DNA from: Phycisphaerales bacterium
GTDB taxonomy: Bacteria > Planctomycetota > Phycisphaerae > Phycisphaerales > UBA1924
DNA: 64,000 nt
Direction of reading: 5' to 3'
Assembly (NCBI GenBank): GCA_041661205.1
Contig: JBAZUW010000001.1
Span: forward strand, 2,736 to 66,735
The position numbers were made by a program, and so were the translations under genes. Shown here piece by piece: positions 18,084 to 28,535 of the stretch (within the stretch, counting starts at the first letter, position 1; every line of letters starts with the position of its first letter). The notes beneath the pieces are model-generated. The model searched no databases. It was given only the letters and a program-made list of their open reading frames with translations, and had not been told where the DNA came from.

Positions 18084-20306
18084 ATGAGCGACTGGATCTT
18101 CAACAACACGGTCATCGGGGACTCGACTTCCAAGTCCATCCGGCTGCAAATCCGCAAGACCGATGGCACCGCCAAGACCGACGCCGCCCATACCGATGTG
18201 ACGGCCAAATACCTGCGGCCAGGCGGCACGGTGCAGACGATCAGTCTGTCGGATCTGGCGGCGATTGACTCGGCGTGGTCATCCGGCGGATGGGAGCACG
18301 CCGACAACGGGGTGTATCGGCTCGACGTGCCGGACGCTGCGATTGCGGCGATTGCCGGGGGTGGCAACGTGCTGTTCACCATCGCTGTCACCGGGTGCTT
18401 CCCGACGAACTTCGAGGTGGGGGTGTCGGACGCGAATCCCAGCACCGTGGCTGCGGCGATTGCTGCCGGGGTTCCGCTGGCGAATGACGCGATTACCGCG
18501 GCAAAGTTCGATGAATCCACCGCCTTCCCGCTGAAGTCTGCCGACACCGGGGCTACTGCGGTTGCCCGCACGGGTGCCGATTCCGACACGCTGGAAACTC
18601 TGAGTGATCAAATTGACGACGCCGCCGCAACTGCTCTTCTTTCGGCTACGGTAGCACAAGCGATTGGTGAGGGGAAAACTCGAATGTCAGTAACCGGAAC
18701 ACTTACCTCTAATGGGTTTAATCCTGTGGTTTTTTCCGAACTGATTTTTGCCGGCATTTCCAATAACAACGTTAGCTATGCCGGGTCAAACGGGGAAACG
18801 ATTTCGGTCGTTGGTTCGGATTGGGTGCTGAACAACGGGGATGGAAGCACCTGGTCATCGTCTGATTTTGTGTCCTATCCCGACCTCGCCAGTTGGACAG
18901 CGGACGCGCCGGCAACAGGAACTCCAGTCGTGACGGCAGACTTTTACGCGGTTGAGTCTAAGCAGGACACCGCGCAGGCCGACCTCGACATCCTCACCGG
19001 CACCGATGGCGTTACGCTCGCCACCGCGCAGGCGCTCTACGCGCCGGCCAAGGCCGGGGATACAATGCTTATTGCTGACATCCAATATAACGGGCTGGAG
19101 GCATCAATGCAGAATGCTGTTGGTGACGGCCTCAATACGTACGCCCCGTCCAAGGCCGGGGATGCAATGGCACTCACCAGCGGCGAGCGGACCAGCATGG
19201 CCGCTGCGGTGTGGAACGCCCTCACCAGTGGCATGACCACCGTTGGCAGCATCGGCAAGAAGCTGGCTGATTGGGTGGTGGGGACCATCGACACCTACAC
19301 CGGCAACACGAAGCAGACGGCCGACCACACCGCGTCGGTCGCCGCGATCCTTGAGGACACCGGCACCACCCTGCCCGCCTCGCTCGCCGCTATCGACGGT
19401 CATGTCAGCGATACGTTTGATGATGTTGGGGACGTGAGAACCGTGGTCGATATGATCCTCATTGACACCGGCACCACGATTCCCGCGCAGATCGGAACGC
19501 CGGCAGGGGCGAGTGTCTCGGCGGACATCCTCGTCATTGACAACTTTGTCGATGAGCTGGAATCGCGCCTCACGGCCGCGCGGGCGGGTTACCTCGACGA
19601 ACTGGCGGCGGCGAACTTGCCGACGGACATCGCGGCGATCCTTGAGGATACCGGCACCACGATCCCCGCGCAGATTGCCGCGTCATTTCCCGGCGGTGGA
19701 GCGGGGGCTTTCCCGATCACCGTCACCGTCACCGACGGAACAGACCCGTTGGAGAATGCGGTTGTGCGGCTCACCGAAGGGGCAAACAGCTTCGCCTTGG
19801 TCACGGACGCGAGCGGCAACGCCACGTTCTCGCTCAACGCCGCGACCTACACCGTCGCCGTCACCAAAGACGGGTATCAGTTCACCCCGACCCCGACCAC
19901 GCGCACTGTCACCGGCTCGCAGGCGGGCACGCTGGTCAATGACATCGAGATGACGCTCAGGGCGACCCCGTTGCCCAGCGCCGACCCGGACCTCTGCGTC
20001 GTGTTCGTGGACACCCAGTCCATGATCGGCGTCGCGGTCAGCGGGCTTACGATCACCATGGATCTGGAGTCCCAGCAGCCGGCGGTGAGCCCCAGCGGGA
20101 AGGTGGTGTCGAACGTCCAGAAGACCATGACGGAGGACGTCGACATCGACGGGCGCTACTCGGTCGAACTGGACCGCGGGCTGACCTACAAGGCGGGCAA
20201 CACCACCCTGTTCCCGGTGCGTGGTCTGGTGTTCCGCATCCTGACCACCGACACCACGATCGACCTGGCCGACAAGAAGAACACCCGGCTCCGCCCGGTG
20301 CGCTGA
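18084..20306 (+). CDS. tail fibre-like protein with repeats and Ig/carboxypeptidase-regulatory-like domain
   Basis: ILEDTGTT(L/I)PA repeats; TDASGNATFSL..YTV.VTKDGY. Confidence 0.7.
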   Translation: MSDWIFNNTVIGDSTSKSIRLQIRKTDGTAKTDAAHTDVTAKYLRPGGTVQTISLSDLAAIDSAWSSGGWEHADNGVYRLDVPDAAIAAIAGGGNVLFTIAVTGCFPTNFEVGVSDANPSTVAAAIAAGVPLANDAITAAKFDESTAFPLKSADTGATAVARTGADSDTLETLSDQIDDAAATALLSATVAQAIGEGKTRMSVTGTLTSNGFNPVVFSELIFAGISNNNVSYAGSNGETISVVGSDWVLNNGDGSTWSSSDFVSYPDLASWTADAPATGTPVVTADFYAVESKQDTAQADLDILTGTDGVTLATAQALYAPAKAGDTMLIADIQYNGLEASMQNAVGDGLNTYAPSKAGDAMALTSGERTSMAAAVWNALTSGMTTVGSIGKKLADWVVGTIDTYTGNTKQTADHTASVAAILEDTGTTLPASLAAIDGHVSDTFDDVGDVRTVVDMILIDTGTTIPAQIGTPAGASVSADILVIDNFVDELESRLTAARAGYLDELAAANLPTDIAAILEDTGTTIPAQIAASFPGGGAGAFPITVTVTDGTDPLENAVVRLTEGANSFALVTDASGNATFSLNAATYTVAVTKDGYQFTPTPTTRTVTGSQAGTLVNDIEMTLRATPLPSADPDLCVVFVDTQSMIGVAVSGLTITMDLESQQPAVSPSGKVVSNVQKTMTEDVDIDGRYSVELDRGLTYKAGNTTLFPVRGLVFRILTTDTTIDLADKKNTRLRPVR

Positions 20307-20317
20307 CCCGTAAGGGC

Positions 20318-20345
20318 TTGCTGAATTTCCACACTCTGGTAGCAT
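20318..20345 (+). promoter_or_regulatory. leaderless promoter
   Basis: TTGCTG-16-TAGCAT-6-GTG 20352. Confidence 0.7.
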
Positions 20346-20351
20346 CACCCC

Positions 20352-22109
20352 GTGGCCCAATCAGGACAACCTCCGCGCGAACCGCCTCCCGGGCACCCGA
20401 GGTTCATCTGGCCGACTCCGAACCAGACCGACCTGCTGTTCTGGATCTGGGTGGACATGCGTTTGGGGCCAACCACCACTTGGACAGCCGGCACCGCGCA
20501 CCCGGATGTCGCCACCTACCCGAACCACAAGCTCCTTCACGCCACGCCGCAGGCGCCGGACGGGTGGAGCAAGTGGTACTACGTCAGCGACCGGGTGTCT
20601 GAGGACGCCTACAACTGGGAGTATTCGCAGGCGGACATCGGCGGGCGCAAGTTCGACTCCGTGATGCGCACCTACCTGGTGCCGCGGGCCAGCTTCAGCA
20701 CGACATCCCCGGCCGTCGGGTCGGCGATGCCCAACGTCCCCGCCAGTCTCTTCGCTCACACGAGCTACCTGCTCGCCGGCCGCGAGGAGACGAGGACCGG
20801 CGACGAGATGTTCGACAGCCTCTACGTGGTGGACCGGCGCAACTACGTCAAGCGGGCCACCTTGCGTCTGGTGGATGTGGACCGGCGCCTTGGGCTGCGC
20901 GCCTTCGAGTACACCACGCTCTACTATCGCGGAGAGACGATCGGTGGCAAGGCGGTCGAGTCCCTGTTCGCCGGGACGCTGGATGGCCTGTTCGGGGTCA
21001 ATGCGACCGACGGGACCACGACCACCGGGAAGCAGTTGAGCGACAACTGGTTCGCCGTGAGCGTGACCTCGCGCATCCCGCTGAATGGGTGGACCAGCGA
21101 CAGCAATCCGACGATCGTGTGGCGGGAGTTCTCGACCACCTCGCTGGGCGGCTTCAAGTTCGACATTTTCGACTCACTCTGGCTGATGAACAAGGCCAGC
21201 CAGAGCGAGGCCACCCCGGCGCCCGGCACAGTGCTGGGCACCTCGGACTGGTCGCTGGCCACATCGGCACCGACCGCCTATCTGCTCTTCGACCGCAAGC
21301 AGGAGTGGGTGGACGCTGAGTTCGACACCAAGTATGTCCTTGAGCGCAGGCGCTACTTCAAGCGCCGCCAGTCAGCGGACATCACCTACGACGAGGCCAC
21401 CGATGACCATCTGCTCGTCACCGAGGACCTCTACTACCTGGCCGAGGTGCCGTCCGGCGAATCGCTCGCCATCGAGGCGCTGATCCTGGCCCCCACCAAC
21501 GCCTTCTGGGGGCCTTCTGCCGCCGGGACGCTGAAGGAGGGGCGCACGGTCTCCGACGACTGGTTCCTCGTCACCACCCGCCAGGTGGTCCCGGCGGCCT
21601 ACGCGGACGGGACGCAGCCGTTCCGGGACTACTACACCAACGTCAACTACCCGTGGCCGCCGGTCCTTGAAGACATCGAGATCATGGACTGGGTGCTCAA
21701 GGAGGGTGCCACGCGCAACTTCCCGCGCCCTGTCTGGAAACGCTACGGCTACAACGGCCCGACCAGCGTGCGCATCCGCGAGTACTGGAAGCCGGCCAAG
21801 TGGGACCTGTCCGCTGACCTGCCGGAGGTGATGATCGAGTCGCCCATCCACTACCCGTCGCCAATCCAGCCCATCTCCATCCCGGCGTGTCTGCACCCCA
21901 CCATCACCTGCCGCAGCGACACCGGCACCAACGACCCGGACTTCGGAGTGAACTCCGGCTCCACCCGCGTGTTCCTGGCGACCAACTACACCGACTGGCC
22001 GTCGTCCCTCTACATCGAGAAGTCCCAGCAACCGTTCCGCGGTGGCTGGCGCAAGCGAACCGTGCAGGCGTTCTCGCCTGACGAATACCCCGTGGTCGTA
22101 CCGGCATGA
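20352..22109 (+). CDS. virion structural protein with internal duplication
   Basis: Repeated ...RRNYVKR...SDNWF / ...RRRYFKR...SDDWF blocks. Confidence 0.65.
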   Translation: MAQSGQPPREPPPGHPRFIWPTPNQTDLLFWIWVDMRLGPTTTWTAGTAHPDVATYPNHKLLHATPQAPDGWSKWYYVSDRVSEDAYNWEYSQADIGGRKFDSVMRTYLVPRASFSTTSPAVGSAMPNVPASLFAHTSYLLAGREETRTGDEMFDSLYVVDRRNYVKRATLRLVDVDRRLGLRAFEYTTLYYRGETIGGKAVESLFAGTLDGLFGVNATDGTTTTGKQLSDNWFAVSVTSRIPLNGWTSDSNPTIVWREFSTTSLGGFKFDIFDSLWLMNKASQSEATPAPGTVLGTSDWSLATSAPTAYLLFDRKQEWVDAEFDTKYVLERRRYFKRRQSADITYDEATDDHLLVTEDLYYLAEVPSGESLAIEALILAPTNAFWGPSAAGTLKEGRTVSDDWFLVTTRQVVPAAYADGTQPFRDYYTNVNYPWPPVLEDIEIMDWVLKEGATRNFPRPVWKRYGYNGPTSVRIREYWKPAKWDLSADLPEVMIESPIHYPSPIQPISIPACLHPTITCRSDTGTNDPDFGVNSGSTRVFLATNYTDWPSSLYIEKSQQPFRGGWRKRTVQAFSPDEYPVVVPA

Positions 22110-22726
22110 TGCAAGGCGGAAAACCGGCCGAAGACGGCCTGGAGACAGGGTGGCGTGGAAGCCCGCCCCTGGAACCGTCGTTGCCCGACGACATCCGCCC
22201 GCCGTCGGAGACCGGCTACCCCCAACCCGATCGGAACGAGCAACCGGTGTTTGGGTGGCCGATGGTCATTCGACCGGCAACGGCACACCCGTTCAAAGGC
22301 GTGGTGAAGGACGCCAACACGATCACGATTTTGGAGGGTTATCTACTGGCGTGGGTTGGGGCAAACCCCGGGTCGCTGACCGTCCACGAGGTGGTGGAAG
22401 CGGATGTTCCAGTGGGGGCGGCTGGGAAAATATACGGGGTGTTCCAGTTTGCGAGCCAACTCACGTCGGAGTTTGAAATTACAGATGACGACGGGGACAA
22501 GCATTGGGTGTACAACAACCGCATCTCCGCGAGCACCTTCGTCGAATACACCACCACTCTACCCGCCATGGGGGCTACTTACACTCCTCCTGGTGGCGGG
22601 GCGTTCACCGAAGGGGTGCTGTATGTGCCGATCTTGGAGTTTGGCCAAGCGGGGGGTTCCCTCGCCATTCTCAAGCAGTTTGTTCATTCCGGCATCTCTT
22701 TCTCGGAGAGCTACGCTTCATCCTAA
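22106..22726 (+). CDS. hypothetical structural protein
   Basis: coupled ORF, beta-rich. Confidence 0.6.
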   Translation: MMQGGKPAEDGLETGWRGSPPLEPSLPDDIRPPSETGYPQPDRNEQPVFGWPMVIRPATAHPFKGVVKDANTITILEGYLLAWVGANPGSLTVHEVVEADVPVGAAGKIYGVFQFASQLTSEFEITDDDGDKHWVYNNRISASTFVEYTTTLPAMGATYTPPGGGAFTEGVLYVPILEFGQAGGSLAILKQFVHSGISFSESYASS

Positions 22727-22738
22727 CCAACCACCACC

Positions 22739-23053
22739 ATGGCATTTGACCCCGCACCTTCATACTGGATCGCCGGCTGGGCCGTCGATGCTTCAGACAT
22801 CGTAGTCCCAATCGCTTCCCTGACAGGGTTGACATTGGCCGAGGCGGACGGGATCACCGGAGACATCCGCGACGTTCTGTTCTCCCTGATCGAGAAGATC
22901 TGGTCCGACTACGACGGGCTGGACGCGGCCGACCGGCCAACCAAGATGACCATCACCAAGAACACCGGCTACTCGACCGGTGGGGAGATCAAGCGGACCT
23001 ACGTCATTGAGTTCAAGACGCAGGTCGCCAGCGAGGACGTGGCAGCCGAATAA
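22739..23053 (+). CDS. hypothetical structural protein
   Basis: accaccATG start, 104 aa. Confidence 0.65.
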   Translation: MAFDPAPSYWIAGWAVDASDIVVPIASLTGLTLAEADGITGDIRDVLFSLIEKIWSDYDGLDAADRPTKMTITKNTGYSTGGEIKRTYVIEFKTQVASEDVAAE

Positions 23054-23063
23054 TCATTCGACC

Positions 23064-24617
23064 GTGATCGCCAAAGCGGTTGTCACCAAGCTCATCCAGG
23101 GTGCCGGGCTCGGCAACCAGATGTTCGAGTGGGCCGGCGGGCTGGCCATCGCGCGGCGCCTCGGCATCGGCCATCATTGGCTCTGGGAGCCCAGCCGCCA
23201 GCGGGAGTTCGGGCTTGGCATCTTCGGCATCGGGCCGAACCCGCCGCCGGAGCACGAGCTGATCATGCGCCAGCTCCGCGAGCGCGACCCATCGTGGTGG
23301 GAGAACGCACTGGAGAGGGTGCGCACGTCGAAGCACCCGTACCCCGCCATCATGTGCCCGTTCCAGCAGGAGGGGTGCTTCGCGGAGGTGGCGGACGAGG
23401 TGCGCAAGGCGTTCCACCTTGAGCCCCTACGCCCTCGGGTGCCGGCGGGACGCACGCCCGTGGCGGTGCATGTCCGCCGGGGCGATTACGTCGGCCACCC
23501 GAGGCTCAACGTCACCAACGAGCGATACTTCCGCAACGCCATGGCCCGGATGCGCGAGCTGTTGCCGAGCGCCCACTTCGTGATCGTGTCGGAGGACCCC
23601 GACTGGTGCCGCCAGCACCTCGCCGGCAAGGACATCACGATCCTGCCCGAGGGGGATGAGAAGCGCGACCTGCGCGTCATGATCGGCTGCGAGGCGCACA
23701 TCATCAGCAACTCGACATTCGGATGGTGGGGTGCATGGCTCGGTGAGAAGGGGCCGGTGATCGCCCCGAGCCTGTGGCACCACGGCGCCGGGTGCTACGG
23801 TGACTGGCACCCGGTGCCCGATCGCTGGGTCAAGGTGGGTGGCGTGCGGCCGGACAACGACCCTCCCCTGCTGCCGATCACCCCGTTCCGGCGGCTGCCG
23901 GACTCCGGGATCGAGCGGGCCATCGTCTATCCGTGGCACTCCGGCATGGCGCGGTGGGAGGAGTTGCGGTTCTCGCTGCGGTCCATCCACACGTTCTTCG
24001 AGGACAAGGAGTGCCCCATCCTCATCCTCGGCAACGAGCGGCCGGGGTGGCTCGGCTACCAGCAGAGCCGGGTGGTCTATCGGAACGTGTGGGCCTATCA
24101 GGACGCCCTGATCGAGGGGGTCCAGGCCGCTGGCAAGGTGATGTTCTCCAACGACGATATTTTCCTGCTCAAGCCAACCACCTGGGCAGAGTGCGCGGTG
24201 CCGCGTTTCGTCGGCAACCTGACCGACGGGTTCCTGGTGGAAGCGGACGAGTCGGCCAACGCATGGAGGGCCGGCGTGCTCGCGTTGTTCCGCAGGCTCG
24301 ATGAATGGGGTATCCACAGCAAGAGGATGTTCTCCACCCATACCCCGTATGTATGGGAGCGTGAAAAGGCGGTCGCCGTGATGGAGAAGTTCGGCGGCGT
24401 GTGGAACAAGTTCGCATTCGAGAACGCCTACTTCCACCACTACCCGGAAGGGGCGCGCCACCTCGGCGGCGAGTGGACTCAAAAAGCGCCCGTCGGTGAC
24501 GCCCGGTATCTGAACGTGACCAATGGGCTGCTCTCACCCGAGGTGAAGGACTATCTCAAGGCCGCGTTTCCTGATCCGGCACCGTGGGAGGCACCGGGGA
24601 TTCCGGTTGAGGGTTGA
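23064..24617 (+). CDS. GT11 alpha-1,2-fucosyltransferase domain fused to Stealth-like sugar-phosphotransferase domain
   Basis: GLGNQMF, HVRRGDY, IISNSTFGWWGAWL (GT11); IVYPW, EELRFSLRSI, NDDIF, HTPY (Stealth-like). Confidence 0.8.
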   Translation: MIAKAVVTKLIQGAGLGNQMFEWAGGLAIARRLGIGHHWLWEPSRQREFGLGIFGIGPNPPPEHELIMRQLRERDPSWWENALERVRTSKHPYPAIMCPFQQEGCFAEVADEVRKAFHLEPLRPRVPAGRTPVAVHVRRGDYVGHPRLNVTNERYFRNAMARMRELLPSAHFVIVSEDPDWCRQHLAGKDITILPEGDEKRDLRVMIGCEAHIISNSTFGWWGAWLGEKGPVIAPSLWHHGAGCYGDWHPVPDRWVKVGGVRPDNDPPLLPITPFRRLPDSGIERAIVYPWHSGMARWEELRFSLRSIHTFFEDKECPILILGNERPGWLGYQQSRVVYRNVWAYQDALIEGVQAAGKVMFSNDDIFLLKPTTWAECAVPRFVGNLTDGFLVEADESANAWRAGVLALFRRLDEWGIHSKRMFSTHTPYVWEREKAVAVMEKFGGVWNKFAFENAYFHHYPEGARHLGGEWTQKAPVGDARYLNVTNGLLSPEVKDYLKAAFPDPAPWEAPGIPVEG

Positions 24618-24695
24618 CCAACAAGAGAAAGCCGCCCGCCGAGTTTCCTTGACGAGCGGCCTGGTTTCCCGCATATTTGCGGTGGAACGAAACCT

Positions 24696-25226
24696 ATGAA
24701 CAGTGAACCAGAGTTGGAACCAGGTGTCAAGATTTTGCCGGTCGTTGGGTATGAGGGGCTGTACAGCGTCACCGATGACGGGAGGGTGTGGAGCGAGGAG
24801 CGGCGGATTGTGAACTGCGACGGAGTGAAGCAAACATTCAAGCCCTTGTGGAGGACACCTGTCCTAACAGCACGCGGCTACCTTTGCGTGAGTTTGCGCT
24901 CTGGGGTGATACACGTCCAGGTTCCGATCCACACACTTGTTGCCGGGGCGTTTATTGGTCCCCGCCCCCCAGGGCTCGTAGTTGACCACATTGACCAGAA
25001 TCCGCTGAACAACCACGTCGGCAACTTGCGCTACGTCACGCGGAGGGTTAATGCCTACAACAGCGACAAGGCGAAGGGCTACCGTTTGCACAAAGCCTCC
25101 GGAAGGTGGACTGCGCAAATAAGACGAGGAGGTAAAGATGGCCATCTCGGATACTTTAAGACACCGGAGGAAGCGCGTTCGGCTTACCTTGTGGCCAAGG
25201 AAAAACTGATGGCAGAATTAGTATGA
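24696..25226 (+). mobile_element. NUMOD4-HNH-AP2 homing endonuclease
   Basis: GYEGLYSVTDDGRV, H.LVA.AF, DHIDQNPLNN..NL, WTAQI...HLGYF. Confidence 0.9.
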
Positions 25227-25900
25227 GCAAAGTATGGTATGCGGTCCCTTCGGCTCTTGAGCCCGTCAAATCAGCCCGGTGCTTTGCAAACTGGAGCGAG
25301 ATGGGTTACAAGATCGCCGTCTTCCGTGACCTCGGAGCCCCATCCGTGGCCGCAGACATGATCATCCTTGGCGAGTATCACGGCTACGCGGTCTCGGTCA
25401 ACGTGCTGGCCCACGCGGTGCTGCGCATCGACCCTGAGTGCCAGTTTGTAGTGACTGGTGGAGATGACGTTTTTCCCTCCAAGGAACTTCCCCCGGACGA
25501 GATTGCTGCTCAATGCACTGCCCATTTTAGCGGAACTTTGGGCATTATGCAACCCTGCGGCGATAGGCATATGGTTGACGAGGACGGTCGCTGTGCTGCG
25601 GAGCGGGTCACCATCTCCCCGTGGATGGGGCGCGAGTGGGTGAAGCGCGCCTACATGGGGAAAGGACCGCTTTGCGAAGCCTACACTCATTCGTACGTTG
25701 ACGAAGATTTGCATAATGTGGCGGAGCGGGTTGGGTTGTTGTGGCACCGCCGTGACCTGACGCAATACCACGATTGGCACGGGAGTAAAGGTGAACCGGA
25801 GCCAGAGCACATGAAGAGACACCATGGGGAGTTTGAGACAGGGAAGCGCATCTTCCTTGAACGCAAGGCCGCCGACTTCCCAGGAAGCGAATTTCTATGA
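25223..25900 (+). CDS. GT-A fold glycosyltransferase-like
   Basis: GGDD (DxD-like), YVDED, QYHDWH. Confidence 0.6.
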   Translation: MSKVWYAVPSALEPVKSARCFANWSEMGYKIAVFRDLGAPSVAADMIILGEYHGYAVSVNVLAHAVLRIDPECQFVVTGGDDVFPSKELPPDEIAAQCTAHFSGTLGIMQPCGDRHMVDEDGRCAAERVTISPWMGREWVKRAYMGKGPLCEAYTHSYVDEDLHNVAERVGLLWHRRDLTQYHDWHGSKGEPEPEHMKRHHGEFETGKRIFLERKAADFPGSEFL

Positions 25901-26739
25901 GACTGATCTCACTAACACTCGCGCGCAACTCGGCGTGGTGCATCGAAGGCACTCTCCGGCACGCGCTGCGCTACTGCGACGAGGCGGTGGTCCTCTGCCA
26001 CGCCTGCACAGACGGCACGCAGGACATCTTGCGCGACATTGACCGGGTTCGGATCATCGAGACCGCCGATGCGGACACGTGGGTGGAGATGGAACATCGG
26101 CAGCGCACGCTGGACGAGGGGCGTCGGCTCATGGGCACTCACTTCCTCATCCTCGACGATGACGAGATCGTGGCGGACCCGGCGGTCAAGCTCATGCGTC
26201 CGATTGCCGGAACGCTCAAGCCGGGTGACATCGCCATGATGCCCATGGTCTGCTGCTGGCGGGACCTTGACCACTACCGCTCGGACGACCCGCGCACCAA
26301 CCCGTTCGCGCGGTTGTGCAAGAGCACTGTGTTTGCGGATTCCCCGGACCTGTGCTGGCATGCCAAGGATGGCTACAATCACCACCACACCCAGCCTTAC
26401 AACTCCCGTCAACTCCTCTACGCCCCCGGCGACCTGCGCTGGATGCACCTTCAGCACGCGTCATGGCCGCGGCTTGTCACCAAGCAGATTCACTACATGT
26501 GCCGGGAGATGGTGCTCTACGGCGGTGTCAAGGCCAATTACCTCCGCTCGATGAGCGAGGAGGGCCTGGCGCTCACGCCGGTCCCGGACGCATGGTGGCC
26601 CGGAGAACGGGCGCTCATTGACCTCGAAGCCGAGCCGTGGCAGGCTGCGGACTTGAAGAACATGGTTGACAAACACGGCATCCGGTTCTTCCGCGACGAG
26701 GGCATCCCGGTCGAGCAGGCACTCAAATTCTGGCAATGA
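25897..26739 (+). CDS. GT2 family glycosyltransferase
   Basis: LARNSA..I, CTDGT..IL, LDDDE, MHLQH. Confidence 0.8.
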   Translation: MRLISLTLARNSAWCIEGTLRHALRYCDEAVVLCHACTDGTQDILRDIDRVRIIETADADTWVEMEHRQRTLDEGRRLMGTHFLILDDDEIVADPAVKLMRPIAGTLKPGDIAMMPMVCCWRDLDHYRSDDPRTNPFARLCKSTVFADSPDLCWHAKDGYNHHHTQPYNSRQLLYAPGDLRWMHLQHASWPRLVTKQIHYMCREMVLYGGVKANYLRSMSEEGLALTPVPDAWWPGERALIDLEAEPWQAADLKNMVDKHGIRFFRDEGIPVEQALKFWQ

Positions 26740-27419
26740 ACCCGGTGGTCGTCAACGTGGGTAATGGGAGCTGGTACTCGCAGGGGTCGGTGCGCTTGCG
26801 GGACTCCGTTTATGACAAATCACCAGGCGTGGATGTTTTGCAGTGGTTCAATGAGCTGCCACCGGGGGCTCCCTCGCATGAAGAGTCCCCGTATGGGTTC
26901 AAGGTGTTCGCCATCCACGCGGCGATCGCCAAAGGATACCGGTTCATCCTGTGGCTCGACTCGGCCGCGGTGGTCCAGCGACCGTTAGACCCACTCTTCG
27001 ACATTGTGCGCCGGGTCGGGTGGTACTTCCAGCACAACGGTTACGTCCTTGGCGAGTGGTCCTCCGACGCTGCGCTTGAAAAGCTGGGCGTGACGCGGGA
27101 GGACGCGATGGGGATGGAGGATCTTGTTGGCGGGTGCTTTGCGCTTGACGTGAAGAATCCGGTCGCGCGGGAGTTCCTCGACCGGATCACCACGCTTGCT
27201 ATGGATGGGGTGACGTTCAAAGGCCCATGGACCAACACGGACGGAGCGTGCTCGTCGGACCCCCGTGTGCGCGGCCACCGGCACGACCAGGTTGCCATGA
27301 GCATCGTCAGCCGCCAGATGGGTATGGCGTGGACTCCAAGTGACCAGAACCTTTTCTGCAACGGAATCCCGCACGACAGGGTGCCGGAACGCTATCTCAT
27401 CAGCAACTTCGGAATGTGA
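26736..27419 (+). CDS. nucleotide-diphospho-sugar transferase-like
   Basis: FKVFAI, ILWLDSA, GHRHDQ. Confidence 0.7.
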   Translation: MNPVVVNVGNGSWYSQGSVRLRDSVYDKSPGVDVLQWFNELPPGAPSHEESPYGFKVFAIHAAIAKGYRFILWLDSAAVVQRPLDPLFDIVRRVGWYFQHNGYVLGEWSSDAALEKLGVTREDAMGMEDLVGGCFALDVKNPVAREFLDRITTLAMDGVTFKGPWTNTDGACSSDPRVRGHRHDQVAMSIVSRQMGMAWTPSDQNLFCNGIPHDRVPERYLISNFGM

Positions 27420-27868
27420 CGCCAAAAGGCATGATTCACCCCACCGCCCATGTTGACGACTGGTCCGTGTTCGGAGCCAACCCGACGGTGTGGCATTGGA
27501 CGCACGTGCGAGCCGGATGCCGGATCGGGGACGACGTGTCGGTAGGGCAGTGCTGCTACATCGACGAGGGGGTCACCATTGGTGACGGGTGCCGGATTCA
27601 GAACAGCGTGAACCTCTACAAGGGGGTGTCGCTGGGTCGGATGGTATTCGTCGGCCCGTCAGTCACGTTCACCAATGACCTGCATCCCCGGTTGGGGGAG
27701 CCGTGGTCCCCAACGCCCACCACAGTCGGGGACAACGTGTCCATCGGTGCGAACGCCACGATCCTCTGCGGCATCGTGATCGGCGACGGTGCCATGATCG
27801 GCTGCGGGGCGGTGGTGACGAAGGATGTCCCGCCGGGGGCAACGGTGAAGGGAGGCCGTGCGCGATAA
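27416..27868 (+). CDS. hexapeptide-repeat sugar N/O-acetyltransferase (WbpD-like)
   Basis: IHPTA.V, IGDGCRIQN, VFVGPSVTFTND, SIGANATIL, VVTKDVP. Confidence 0.9.
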   Translation: MTPKGMIHPTAHVDDWSVFGANPTVWHWTHVRAGCRIGDDVSVGQCCYIDEGVTIGDGCRIQNSVNLYKGVSLGRMVFVGPSVTFTNDLHPRLGEPWSPTPTTVGDNVSIGANATILCGIVIGDGAMIGCGAVVTKDVPPGATVKGGRAR

Positions 27869-28535
27869 AGTCATGAGCAAGGAGCAGATCATTGAGAAAG
27901 TCAAACACGCTGGACTGGTCACCCTGCCGGTCTATGACAACACCTACGACTCCACCGTGCGGGTGCTGCGGGAGGGTGTCCCCGGTTGCCTCATGGAGTG
28001 CGGAGTGTACGCCGGGGCGCAGGTCGCGGTGATGGCCCAAGCCCAGATGGACGAGGGGCACGAGCGTCCGCTGCACTTGTTCGATTCGTTCGAGGGCATC
28101 CCCGAGGCGGGGCCGAGGGATGACGACCAACCGGGCATCGGCTACATCGCGCCCGAGGACCGCCACGGCCGGCTCATCAGCAGTGGGATCTCTGCGTGCG
28201 ACGCCAACCAGGTCTTGTCAAACCTTCGGGAATGGGGAGTTCCGTTGGGCCTGGTGACCCTCCACGTCGGGTGGTTCCAAGACACCGTGCGTTATTGGGA
28301 CGGCAGCCCAATCGCACTGCTGCGCCTCGACGGGGACCTCTACGAATCCACCAAGGTCTGCCTTGAGCACCTCTACCCGCATCTGTCGCCGGGCGGCATC
28401 CTGATCGTGGACGACTACACCCTCACCGGGTGCCACGCCGCGGTGGTGGAATACTTTGGTGCCACCATGCCACGGTTCTACGAGGTGTCGGACGGGAACG
28501 GCTGCCATTGGGCGGTGAAGGAGGCCGCGGCATGA
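27858..28535 (+). CDS. TylF/MycF-family sugar O-methyltransferase
   Basis: ECGVYAG, FDSFEG, GWFQDT, LRLDGDLYEST, GGILIVDDY. Confidence 0.92.
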   Translation: MRDKVMSKEQIIEKVKHAGLVTLPVYDNTYDSTVRVLREGVPGCLMECGVYAGAQVAVMAQAQMDEGHERPLHLFDSFEGIPEAGPRDDDQPGIGYIAPEDRHGRLISSGISACDANQVLSNLREWGVPLGLVTLHVGWFQDTVRYWDGSPIALLRLDGDLYESTKVCLEHLYPHLSPGGILIVDDYTLTGCHAAVVEYFGATMPRFYEVSDGNGCHWAVKEAAA

